Virus record (IMG/VR): IMGVR_UViG_3300035502_000313
Span: 64,001 to 128,000 of that record
DNA: 64,000 nt
Direction: 5' to 3' (one strand)
Source of the DNA: a virus
Taxonomy: Duplodnaviria > Caudoviricetes
Shown here: positions 18,211-27,574 of the stretch, in pieces
Layout of the letters: each line of letters opens with the position of its first letter
How positions within the stretch are numbered: position 1 is the stretch's first letter
The notes under the pieces: model-generated
What the model saw: only the letters and a program-made list of their open reading frames with translations
The model's database searches: none
What the model was told of the DNA's origin: nothing
Position numbers and translations under genes: made by a program

Positions 18211-19788
18211 ATGTACTCAACAGAAAACTATGATTACCTTTATGAGAAATTACAAGAGTTTTATCAAGTAAAGATAAATGGTAATTATCCGTTCAATATA
18301 CCGTTGAACGAAAATGGACAGCCGACATACAAAATCGAAACACGTATAATTCCTATCAACTTTGATGAGGAATGTGAGAAGGATATCATTTCTGGTAATG
18401 GTTTCTATATAACAAAGAAACAAGATATCAAGAAAGATATTCGTTCAGAGGACAGTATATTCTCTTCAAGATACGGTCTTCAGATTGACGATATGACTCC
18501 GTTTGGTGACATATATAAATGTAAATGTGGAAGAACCATGATGAAGGTAAATAATGGATTGCTTTGTCCAATATGTCATACTAAGGTTCGTTATGTTGGT
18601 AATGACTTTAGTATTACTGGATGGATTAAGATAAATGACTATACTGTCATTCATCCAAATATGTTCAAGAAACTTATTGCCTTTATAGGCAAAAAGAATC
18701 TTGATGCTATAATCAATTTCGATAATAAGATTGATGAAGATGGATTTGTTATTGAGAAAGAACAGACAAAGTCTAATCCATTCATTGGAATTGGTTTTGA
18801 AGAAATGAAAGAAAGATTCGATGAGATTCTTGAGTTCTTCAGAAACAAGTATAAGTCTAATGTAAATAAGATGGCTTACTATGAGGATATTATAACGTAT
18901 AAAGACTTAGTGTTTACACATTGTCTTCCTGTATATACTTCTCAGTTAAGACCATTCTCTATTAAACAGAATAGATTTAACTTCGAGGGTAATAATGCGT
19001 TATATAACGTTATTGCTGGTCTTGCTGCTAAATTAAACAGTGACAAGATATTCTCAAGAGGAAGAAAGAAACCTACTAATCAGATTCTGTATGATATTCA
19101 AATGAAGTATATGGAAATATATGCTGATCTTGAAAAGATTATTGCACAGAAGAAAGGATATATTCGTTCTCTTAATGGTGGACGTTGTAACTTCACTGCA
19201 AGAAACGTTATTATTCCTGACCCTAATCTGAGAATTGATGAAGTAATTCTTCCATATCCTACACTTGTAGAACTTATGAGTTTGACTATCATTAATATCC
19301 TGTCAAAAACCTATAGTCCTTCAGAAGCATATCGTATTTGGGATGAATCACGTATTGAGTATAATCCTGTTATTGCTGATCTTATTCAGAATATAATTGA
19401 TAATCAGTATGTAGCAGTAATCCTCAATCGTAATCCAAGTATTTCACCAGCATCTATTATTCAGCTTCATGTAATCGGAGTTACAAAAGATGACACATAC
19501 AGTTGTCATGTACCTCACGAGATTCTTAAATCAATGGGTGCAGATTTCGATGGCGATACTCTCAATATAATGCTTATCATTAATGACGAATTTCTGATTA
19601 ATTCAGCAAAGTTATTTAATCCTCGTCTTAGTATGCAGGTATCTTATAACGATGGAATGTTTAATGGAAAGATGTCATTACAGACTGATACAATGATTTG
19701 TATCAATTCATTTACTCAGCTTGGCATTGATGAAATTACCGATGAAGAATATTCAATGATTGAAGCTTGTCAGAATTACAAAGAATAA
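18211..19788 (+). CDS. phage multisubunit RNA polymerase beta' N-terminal half with catalytic DFDGD
   Basis: Zn finger CKCG...CPIC, KKGYIRS..GGRCNFTARNVIIPDP, LNRNPSI, GADFDGDTLN; AACT-N6-TA at 18175-18186. Confidence 0.92.
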   Translation: MYSTENYDYLYEKLQEFYQVKINGNYPFNIPLNENGQPTYKIETRIIPINFDEECEKDIISGNGFYITKKQDIKKDIRSEDSIFSSRYGLQIDDMTPFGDIYKCKCGRTMMKVNNGLLCPICHTKVRYVGNDFSITGWIKINDYTVIHPNMFKKLIAFIGKKNLDAIINFDNKIDEDGFVIEKEQTKSNPFIGIGFEEMKERFDEILEFFRNKYKSNVNKMAYYEDIITYKDLVFTHCLPVYTSQLRPFSIKQNRFNFEGNNALYNVIAGLAAKLNSDKIFSRGRKKPTNQILYDIQMKYMEIYADLEKIIAQKKGYIRSLNGGRCNFTARNVIIPDPNLRIDEVILPYPTLVELMSLTIINILSKTYSPSEAYRIWDESRIEYNPVIADLIQNIIDNQYVAVILNRNPSISPASIIQLHVIGVTKDDTYSCHVPHEILKSMGADFDGDTLNIMLIINDEFLINSAKLFNPRLSMQVSYNDGMFNGKMSLQTDTMICINSFTQLGIDEITDEEYSMIEACQNYKE

Positions 19789-19838
19789 AAATGGGCAGGT
19801 GGTATTTGTTACCACCTGCTTTATTTTTTGTTATAATA

Positions 19839-20897
19839 TTAGTAATACAGATAATATGTGATATCAATTCCCTTAGAATAATCAATAAGAGCTTCGTTAG
19901 GGAAGTTGAATCTAGTGAATGGTCTAATATCAGCATACATAAGTTCATCATTCTTAAGATAAGGAATTGCTGTACACAATGAAATAGTATTAATCTTAGA
20001 ATCATTGTTTCCTACAGAACGATTGAAATATTCTCTACAATCAGATGCAGAAACACTCATCTTAAGTTTTACAACAACTTCACCCTCAGATGAACGCTTA
20101 TCTTTCCATACATCATCTACAGCTTCAAGACCTGTACTATCATCAGCATACTGACGAATAAGGATAGGATCCTCATCAAATGTCTTAAAGAAGTATCCAA
20201 TTGCATTGTTTGTCTGCATACGTCCAAAGTACTGTTTTCTATATGTAGTAGACAAATCAGCATCTGTTGTTCTATACTTAAATGGAATCAAACATGTTAA
20301 ATCACCACTATTAGATGTAGGATATGTATTGTTACCACCAGTACCATCATTGTAATCCCAATAACCATATGGTGCAATCCATTTAGTATTATGAACCTTG
20401 AATACACGAGATGCTTCGATACCACAACCATCGATACCTACACACCATAGACAAACACGACGTGCTACATGTCTATATAATGTATGTGCTGAATGATCAT
20501 CAATACTAAGACTCTTAAATGGTGTTAGCATACTATTCTGACCACTTTCACCAGTATAGAATGTATAGCCAACACTACTAGAGAAATCATCCATAGAGAT
20601 TGGAACTTCTACACTATCAGGTGTCTTAAATGATTTAGAAGCAGCTTTAAATGCAGCATCATAGCTAGGAATAGATTCAAGATAATCAACATCACCAACA
20701 AAGTTATCATAATCGAAATCTTTAATTGCATTGAACTCAGAACCAGAAATAATTACTTTGTTACTTCCACGAAACAAAACCTTTCCGCTGTCAAGTGACT
20801 TAAGAATAATATCAGTACCTTTGATGTTAGCTCCATCACTTTTAAGGATATTACCTTTTCCAGCATTATCATCAAAGATTTTAAGTTGTTTATTCAT
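19839..20897 (-). CDS. putative virion (baseplate-region) protein
   Basis: Last gene of late operon downstream of the 1611-aa protein; ends DITYYLYY; function inferred from context. Confidence 0.5.
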   Translation of the reverse strand: MNKQLKIFDDNAGKGNILKSDGANIKGTDIILKSLDSGKVLFRGSNKVIISGSEFNAIKDFDYDNFVGDVDYLESIPSYDAAFKAASKSFKTPDSVEVPISMDDFSSSVGYTFYTGESGQNSMLTPFKSLSIDDHSAHTLYRHVARRVCLWCVGIDGCGIEASRVFKVHNTKWIAPYGYWDYNDGTGGNNTYPTSNSGDLTCLIPFKYRTTDADLSTTYRKQYFGRMQTNNAIGYFFKTFDEDPILIRQYADDSTGLEAVDDVWKDKRSSEGEVVVKLKMSVSASDCREYFNRSVGNNDSKINTISLCTAIPYLKNDELMYADIRPFTRFNFPNEALIDYSKGIDITYYLYY

Positions 20898-20911
20898 ACA
20901 AGTATACCTCC

Positions 20912-23900
20912 TTATGGTAATAAAATATTACCGTTACTATCTTGCTGAACTTCTCCAGTATAATAAACGGTATTCATTTCAAGTTTTTCACTAGGACCAA
21001 TTTTATCTTTAAAGATTAGTTTTGACGTTAAATTTGGATAATCAAATCTATGACCATAAATCTTCTCAGCAAATCCAAAGTCTATAGTGTAAGGTTCGTA
21101 ATGTACATCATTCATTTGTAAATCTTCCCCAACTTTTATAGGGTCTTTATATACTGTATGATTTTCAAAATACTTATATTCTTTAGGACGAACCTTTTCA
21201 AGTAAATTATCAAACGTTGTATTATAATACATATCATCAAGTATATGTACATGGTTATTATATGGGTCATCAATTATATAACTTACAGTAGTATCAAGAA
21301 TCTGTGTTTTCCAAGACTTGAAGAATACTACCATCTTCATTATATAATTCTGAATATTCTCTATATTAGCAGTAGGAATAAGATTGAATAAATAACGCCA
21401 TTCAGACTTATCAAAGTACTTCTCAAGTGCTTCTACAATAAGTTCACATAATGTTTCTATTCTTTTCTTTTTCTCATCAGATGGCATATATCTTACAACA
21501 GAATCATTGTCATCAACCTTTACTGGTACGTTATCGTAATTATATTTCAAATCAATCAATAGAGCATATAATGATGGATTACGATACTCTAAGAAGTCAT
21601 AATAACTTTCTGCAATCTTCTTTGTAATAATTACTTCCTTACCATTAGTAACTTTCTCAGACTTATCTACTATTTCAACAGTATAATTACCATCCTCATC
21701 TTCTATAATAACATACTTCTTATTCTCATCTATAATAACATTACCATCGCTATCAAGATCAACAGGAATCTTAATAGATGGATTATCATTATAAACAAGA
21801 TAATTCTGTTCATTTACATTAAATGTAAAGAAATGATTCTCAGAACTTGGGAAGAAATATGTTTCTCTTCCTAACTGATTTTGTTCATCATAATGAACAA
21901 TATATTCTTTTACTTCTTCACCGTTAATAGTTCTCATATTATAGAAACAATCATAAACTTCGCTAGGATTTGCTATATTATAATATTCACAAACTTTGAA
22001 GTTGGTTTCTACAGCCTTTTTATAATCGAACTGATAATAAGCTACTTTGTTTGTCTCTAAATCAGTACCTTCGAATATAGGAAATCCATTAGGATCACAT
22101 TCTACTTCATCTGATAATGTAAGATAATATAACTCACTAGTATCATTCTCATTAGTATATACAGGATTTCCATTTCTATCAATCTGACCATAGTAATCAT
22201 GATTCATCTTTGTTTCCATAAATGAGTCAAATAGAACTTTGTATATATCATACATACGTTTAGATTCAGCATGTCTTAGCATATATGTCAGATGATCATA
22301 TAGATTTGTATTACTATAATAAATCTTCTTTAGATAATTAATTTTATCTAAATCAGTAATACTCTCATCTGTAAGTGTAGTAAGTATCTCAGTATCTAAC
22401 CAAAGACCATGAGAGTTATTATCACTATCAGGATATTGAGTAGGCTCCCATGCTATATTCAATACAGTTAATTCACCAGTAGTACTTACTAAAGGATGAT
22501 GTTTAAGATTATAATTCCATATCTCAGAAGAACCAAAATCTAATTCCATATCAATAGTAGTAGCACAATCTTCACTACACTGTTCATAACGACCACTAAG
22601 AAAAGCACCTACAGCTGGGTCTGGAACTTTACTATGATCCACAGAGTCAGGAGGCATAGGAATACGATTATTTATTGGAGAACCAGTAGGTTGATTTTCC
22701 TCATCTGAATAAGAGAATATAGGTTCATTATTCTCATTATATCCATATATAGGATATCCGAAATATGCTTTAACTTCTACATAGTCTTCTTCGTCACTAC
22801 AATAAGCTGTACCATAAGATACAGTATCATCGTATATTTCAGTTAACCAACCTTTTCCCATAGGATCCATTCCATATCCTACATTAGTATGAGATACACC
22901 AAACTCATCTATATAAGTATATTCATGAATCTCATTATCATAGTTATTATTGATATAACACTTATTCTCAAGATAGTTATATATTGTAGACCAGTCCGTA
23001 TCAAAGTTAAATCCATTGATATACATATTCTTTTCCATATCGCTAGCAATATTATCTGGTTCTGTACCATTATATATAAAATTAAGAGCAATAGCAAAAG
23101 TAAGCAAATCATTTAATCTAACTTTATCATCAGATATTTCTGAGTCAACTTCAACCATCAAATCTTCTTCATCCATATGCTTATCATATAGCATATTCAT
23201 AAAGTAACTTACTTGATATGACATCTTTACTAAATCTATATTAGCTTCTACAGCTATATATTTAGTACGTTCAATAGTAAAGTCTTTATTTAGAATCTCT
23301 TGTTTCTTAGATTGATGTAACTTATCACGTTCTTCATCAGTAAGAAGATCAAATGTAGATACACCATCCCAGAAAGGATCTGCTAAAGTAATTGAGTCGT
23401 AACTTCTTCTCAAATCTCTACGTTCTATAACAGCATATGCATTAGGATCTAGAATAGGTACTTTTAAGAAACACAAATCATAGTTCTTTCTATAGTATTC
23501 CAATCCAAGCATATCTTTAGTGATTACTTCATAAACATATGCAGACTTATATATAGGAACATTATCTCCAGTATGAATAGTAATTTCATCACCTAATTCA
23601 AGCTCATCTAATGATTTACCTGTCTTAGATACAACTTGACTAATATCCATCCATCCTGTATATCTAGGGGTTGGATTATTAATAGAATCATAAGCCATAT
23701 CATCAAACACAGCTTCAATAAATACTCTAGTAGATATTATATAGCTTTCTCTAAATGCTTTCGTATACTTTGTATACAAGTCACCCAATTTATTATAATT
23801 AGCAGAGAACGAGCCATCAGAATTAAATATATAATTCTTATTATCAGACGTATAATATTCCGTAGTTTCAGGATCATCTGAAGCATCTTTATATTTATAT

Positions 23901-25747
23901 TCATTCCATACCATAAATGGAATAGTATGATTTAAGATATATCTATCATCAGATTCAAGAAAATCAGTAAAAAGACTTTCTATACCATGTGTGTTACAAT
24001 ACTTTTCTGTTATCAATGTGTCTGCTGTATAGAATAACGACTCTAGCTCAGCATCAGTTATATCATCAAGTGTTCTATTATTAAATTTTTCAGCAATTCC
24101 ATCATAATCAAATATACCTAGAATGCTATATAATCTATACTTGATTCTTCTGAAGTTATATTGGTTTAGAGCAAATGAATCATCAGCAGTTTCTTCATTA
24201 AATACAATTCTAATAAGATTAGTAAGAGCATTCTTATACCTATTTAGAAACACGTTTCTATTTGCTAAATATTCTTTTGAACTTGGTTTAGATTCATCTA
24301 TATTATAATTGTCTGTTCCAAACCATGGTAAACCTTTATTATTAAGAGCAACAGTGTTTAAGAAGTCTAATACAAAACTACCATTATTTATTGTATCTGT
24401 AGCTATATCTATAGTTTCAGCATACTTACTAACGATAGGTTGTGAATCACTCATACTTATAGCTCTATTACTAGCAGTATCAGGTTCTCCTTCATCTATA
24501 AGATAGTAATTATATAAGTACGTTCTAATAAAGTTTTCTTTTGTAACTTTGCCATCATCATTCTTAGTAACAGTTATATCATCTTGATTAGTATGTACAT
24601 TCATTAATGGTACTTTGTTATTAGATATATCTTCAGGTCTTCCTACATACATTACTACATCAGTATTAACGTATCTAGGATTTATATCACTCTCTTCATA
24701 ATAATAGAAGTTATCTCTATTGATAGCCTTGATTTTCATTAGATAATACGTAAATACAGTAATAGTATCATCATCAAACAATTCAAGAATATCAGTAATG
24801 TTTCTATGAGATGATTTATATTTAAGAAGAGTGTTTACGTTCTTAATAATACGAATCTGATATTTAGTTGGAATCTCTTTATAATAAGCAATACCATAAG
24901 ATTCAAATAGATAACGTATAGTTCTAGAGTCAAATACATCTTTATTAATGATATACTCTTGTACTTCAGAAATCATATCTACCATTGTTTGTATAATGAT
25001 AAGAATCTGTATAAATGCATCATAATGATATGACATAAATCTATAAGCTTCAGAGTATACAGTAGACATAGTATATCTTCTGTTTCTATCATACATTCTC
25101 TTGAACTTATTTTCTATAATATCAAATGTATTAAGACTAGGACAATATAACATTGCAAAGTTTACAGCCTTACGAGCAGTATAGAAATCAACCCTTTTAT
25201 CTCCTAAATGATAGATATATTGATAGTGAGGGTCTTCAGCATAATCAGCCTTAATCTGGTCTAATATACCACCCTCTACAGATATTACTGATAAATCTTC
25301 AGTATTCAGTTCATGAAGATACTTACCTTCATATTTCTCATCATATTGTCCGACATCTATAAAGTATTTTTCATAGAGTTCTGGTATTACATATGCATTT
25401 CCGATATCCACATATATAGAATCATCATAACCAGTTGCTGAGAAATAAGCGTTTTCATCATTTAATGTATATGCTGGTGGTAATCCATTAAGCATTCTAT
25501 AATAGCTATTCCATTCCATATATGATGCATCAGAGTACTCACCGTCTTTAATATAGTTCCAGTTGCCTTCTTTATATTTAATATATTGACCAGCCAAAGT
25601 AGCAGACCTAGCATCTTCATAATGAAGAGCCTGATTCTCATTTTTAACAACACAGTTCATTCCAAGAATCTTTACACAATTGACTATAAGGTCTATATAT
25701 GGGTTATCTGTATATTTCATATCAAACTCATAATTATATCTAGCCAA
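20912..25747 (-). CDS. very large putative baseplate/virion structural protein
   Basis: 1611 aa; NSYYRMLNGLP and FESYGI...IIKNVNTLLKYKSS wedge-like motifs; late operon. Confidence 0.55.
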   Translation of the reverse strand: MARYNYEFDMKYTDNPYIDLIVNCVKILGMNCVVKNENQALHYEDARSATLAGQYIKYKEGNWNYIKDGEYSDASYMEWNSYYRMLNGLPPAYTLNDENAYFSATGYDDSIYVDIGNAYVIPELYEKYFIDVGQYDEKYEGKYLHELNTEDLSVISVEGGILDQIKADYAEDPHYQYIYHLGDKRVDFYTARKAVNFAMLYCPSLNTFDIIENKFKRMYDRNRRYTMSTVYSEAYRFMSYHYDAFIQILIIIQTMVDMISEVQEYIINKDVFDSRTIRYLFESYGIAYYKEIPTKYQIRIIKNVNTLLKYKSSHRNITDILELFDDDTITVFTYYLMKIKAINRDNFYYYEESDINPRYVNTDVVMYVGRPEDISNNKVPLMNVHTNQDDITVTKNDDGKVTKENFIRTYLYNYYLIDEGEPDTASNRAISMSDSQPIVSKYAETIDIATDTINNGSFVLDFLNTVALNNKGLPWFGTDNYNIDESKPSSKEYLANRNVFLNRYKNALTNLIRIVFNEETADDSFALNQYNFRRIKYRLYSILGIFDYDGIAEKFNNRTLDDITDAELESLFYTADTLITEKYCNTHGIESLFTDFLESDDRYILNHTIPFMVWNEYKYKDASDDPETTEYYTSDNKNYIFNSDGSFSANYNKLGDLYTKYTKAFRESYIISTRVFIEAVFDDMAYDSINNPTPRYTGWMDISQVVSKTGKSLDELELGDEITIHTGDNVPIYKSAYVYEVITKDMLGLEYYRKNYDLCFLKVPILDPNAYAVIERRDLRRSYDSITLADPFWDGVSTFDLLTDEERDKLHQSKKQEILNKDFTIERTKYIAVEANIDLVKMSYQVSYFMNMLYDKHMDEEDLMVEVDSEISDDKVRLNDLLTFAIALNFIYNGTEPDNIASDMEKNMYINGFNFDTDWSTIYNYLENKCYINNNYDNEIHEYTYIDEFGVSHTNVGYGMDPMGKGWLTEIYDDTVSYGTAYCSDEEDYVEVKAYFGYPIYGYNENNEPIFSYSDEENQPTGSPINNRIPMPPDSVDHSKVPDPAVGAFLSGRYEQCSEDCATTIDMELDFGSSEIWNYNLKHHPLVSTTGELTVLNIAWEPTQYPDSDNNSHGLWLDTEILTTLTDESITDLDKINYLKKIYYSNTNLYDHLTYMLRHAESKRMYDIYKVLFDSFMETKMNHDYYGQIDRNGNPVYTNENDTSELYYLTLSDEVECDPNGFPIFEGTDLETNKVAYYQFDYKKAVETNFKVCEYYNIANPSEVYDCFYNMRTINGEEVKEYIVHYDEQNQLGRETYFFPSSENHFFTFNVNEQNYLVYNDNPSIKIPVDLDSDGNVIIDENKKYVIIEDEDGNYTVEIVDKSEKVTNGKEVIITKKIAESYYDFLEYRNPSLYALLIDLKYNYDNVPVKVDDNDSVVRYMPSDEKKKRIETLCELIVEALEKYFDKSEWRYLFNLIPTANIENIQNYIMKMVVFFKSWKTQILDTTVSYIIDDPYNNHVHILDDMYYNTTFDNLLEKVRPKEYKYFENHTVYKDPIKVGEDLQMNDVHYEPYTIDFGFAEKIYGHRFDYPNLTSKLIFKDKIGPSEKLEMNTVYYTGEVQQDSNGNILLP

Positions 25748-25775
25748 TGATATCTACCTCCTTTCATTAAAGATA

Positions 25776-26231
25776 TTATAAGGCAGTTCTATTGTGTTCT
25801 ATAACAAATGTAGTTACCTTAAAGTAAACTCTCTTAGCAATAATGTCGAATATTGCATCTTCATTATAATATAATGCTAACTGCTTAAGCATTACAGGAG
25901 ATATTCTATCACTTACAAGTGCACAAATATCTTTACTGATTTTAATTTCGTCTTCTTCTTTAATATACCAATCTGTTTTATATACAAGATTCATTAAAGA
26001 ATACTCTTGGAAACAGCTCTCTATTACTTTATCAAGTCTGGTTTCAATATCTTCAGTTACATTCAAATGTGTGTCTATGTCATATTTTCTAAGCTCTAGT
26101 TCATCATACTTGAATGCAAGCCATTTACTAAATAGCTTAGATATTACAATCTCACTGCACAGTATTACTATCAGAATTATTCCAAAAATAATAAGGGTTT
26201 GGAGATTCAATTGTGTGTAAAGCACTTCCAT
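25776..26231 (-). CDS. hypothetical membrane protein
   Basis: N-terminal TM helix; overlaps upstream gene. Confidence 0.65.
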   Translation of the reverse strand: MEVLYTQLNLQTLIIFGIILIVILCSEIVISKLFSKWLAFKYDELELRKYDIDTHLNVTEDIETRLDKVIESCFQEYSLMNLVYKTDWYIKEEDEIKISKDICALVSDRISPVMLKQLALYYNEDAIFDIIAKRVYFKVTTFVIEHNRTAL

Positions 26232-26889
26232 AATTCTTCTCACTCCAGTTCTGAATTTCGTTTGCCAATGTTAAAAGTTCATTATCATTAGATTCTGGTT
26301 CTCTCTGAGCTAGTCTTATATAATATAATAACTTAGCACAAATCTCTGGTGTAATACCATTATAATATGTCTTGATTAATTCAGTCCATTTACCAAAAAT
26401 CTGATTAGGATGTACATAGAACAGATCATCGTTATGATATAACTGATGTACAGTTTTACTCATCATAATAATGGGTACTCTATTTTGTTTATGCTCTTCT
26501 CTCAATCCACCAACAATGTGAAATGTTGATACATAACCATATGTATTTAGATAATGCTCGGCGATTAATAATGCAATATCAAATATTGTCAAGATGACAT
26601 GGTTCATTTCTAACTCAGCCATATCAGAGTTTATATTATGTAAATACGAACAATGATCAAGTCCTAGACTCATAAGATTAGCTTTGTATTCTTTATAAAA
26701 CCTGCTATGTCTAAATTGTGCAATAGCGTTATTAATAAATCTACTATAGCTATCAATATCTGCTAATGTTTCTTTGGTTTGCATAAGACTAATTTCATAT
26801 ACAGAACTAGGGCTTCTGAGCGTAGGATTTCCGTTGTTTAAGTATCCTATAATATCAGGAAATTCATTTCCATTAAGAATCATATCCAA
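26152..26889 (-). CDS. hypothetical protein (possible degenerate HNH-like fold)
   Basis: 245-aa ORF with AGGAGG; HCSY...LEMNH...KTVHQLYH; AACT-N6-TA at 26918-26929. Confidence 0.65.
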   Translation of the reverse strand: MDMILNGNEFPDIIGYLNNGNPTLRSPSSVYEISLMQTKETLADIDSYSRFINNAIAQFRHSRFYKEYKANLMSLGLDHCSYLHNINSDMAELEMNHVILTIFDIALLIAEHYLNTYGYVSTFHIVGGLREEHKQNRVPIIMMSKTVHQLYHNDDLFYVHPNQIFGKWTELIKTYYNGITPEICAKLLYYIRLAQREPESNDNELLTLANEIQNWSEKNYGSALHTIESPNPYYFWNNSDSNTVQ

Positions 26890-26977
26890 TTTACTTACCT
26901 CCTTAACAAGTTGATATTACTAAATAGTTGAGGCTTGAAGAATTGATATATAATTTGTAAAAGTCATAATAATTGAA

Positions 26978-26994
26978 TATATATAATACAAGTG
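26978..26994 (+). promoter_or_regulatory. putative early promoter
   Basis: TATATATAAT-ACAA-GTG. Confidence 0.65.
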
Positions 26995-27140
26995 AGTAAG
27001 AGATAATTATAAGATTATCCTAGAATGGCTTACTTGGTCTTAGCTCTAAAAGACCTTTAAAAATTAGGGCAGTTGTTAATACATAAAATGGCATTGCTGA
27101 TATCGGAACAGTCGCAATGCCTAAAACCTATGTTCCATCG
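26992..27140 (+). ncRNA. conserved structured leader RNA, copy A (bulged hairpin plus two H-type pseudoknots)
   Basis: Homologous to 46302-46470 with compensatory base changes; see findings. Confidence 0.7.
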
Positions 27141-27161
27141 TATGTACTAGGAGGTACTATT

Positions 27162-27518
27162 ATGACAGACGTAAATAAAATAAACAACACAACAACTACA
27201 GCATCTGAAACAGAAACGAGAAAAAAAGCGGAGGAGTCCATCGACAAGTGGGCTAGTGCTGTTGTCGATCATAAAGTAAAGACAACAGTTGATGAAAAAA
27301 TTAAAGAAGTTGTAGGCGATATTGAGGCTACTGTTAAGGCAGCCATTGGCGATATTAAAACAAAAGTAGGTGATGCGAAAATAGAGGTAAATCCGACTAT
27401 AAATATCACAGTAAATCCGTCAATAACAGTTGGTGGAAACATATCGATTGATGAAAGGAGGATTGATAACGATTTAGACTCCTTTGCAAAACTTCTTGAA
27501 ATCATCGCAAAAAAATAA
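27162..27518 (+). CDS. hypothetical protein (early cassette cargo)
   Basis: ATG 27162 after AGGAGG; the track start 27117 lies inside the leader pseudoknot. Confidence 0.7.
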   Translation: MTDVNKINNTTTTASETETRKKAEESIDKWASAVVDHKVKTTVDEKIKEVVGDIEATVKAAIGDIKTKVGDAKIEVNPTINITVNPSITVGGNISIDERRIDNDLDSFAKLLEIIAKK

Positions 27519-27522
27519 AGAT

Positions 27523-27556
27523 AAGAAACGCCGTATTACCAACGGCGTTTCTTTTT
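27523..27556 (+). terminator. intrinsic terminator (related to 46754 and 47236 terminators)
   Basis: AAGAAACGCCGT/ACGGCGTTTCTT plus T-tract. Confidence 0.8.
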
Positions 27557-27574
27557 AGTCATAAACTTTATTTT

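Noticed and set aside
27091-27136. CTGATA..GGAA in pseudoknot 2 as a hammerhead ribozyme core, or pseudoknot 1 as a preQ1 riboswitch
   Set aside because: No CUGANGA-stem-GAAA-stem-UH arrangement; pseudoknot 1 does not pair with the RBS and downstream genes are not queuosine-related. A formal Rfam scan is still needed
27117-27161. Longer N-termini given by the ORF track (1049, 3592, 4066, 17650, 17662, 27117, 42600, 50338, 55223)
   Set aside because: Downstream starts have canonical AGGAGG-type RBS; the upstream starts fall in promoters or structured leaders
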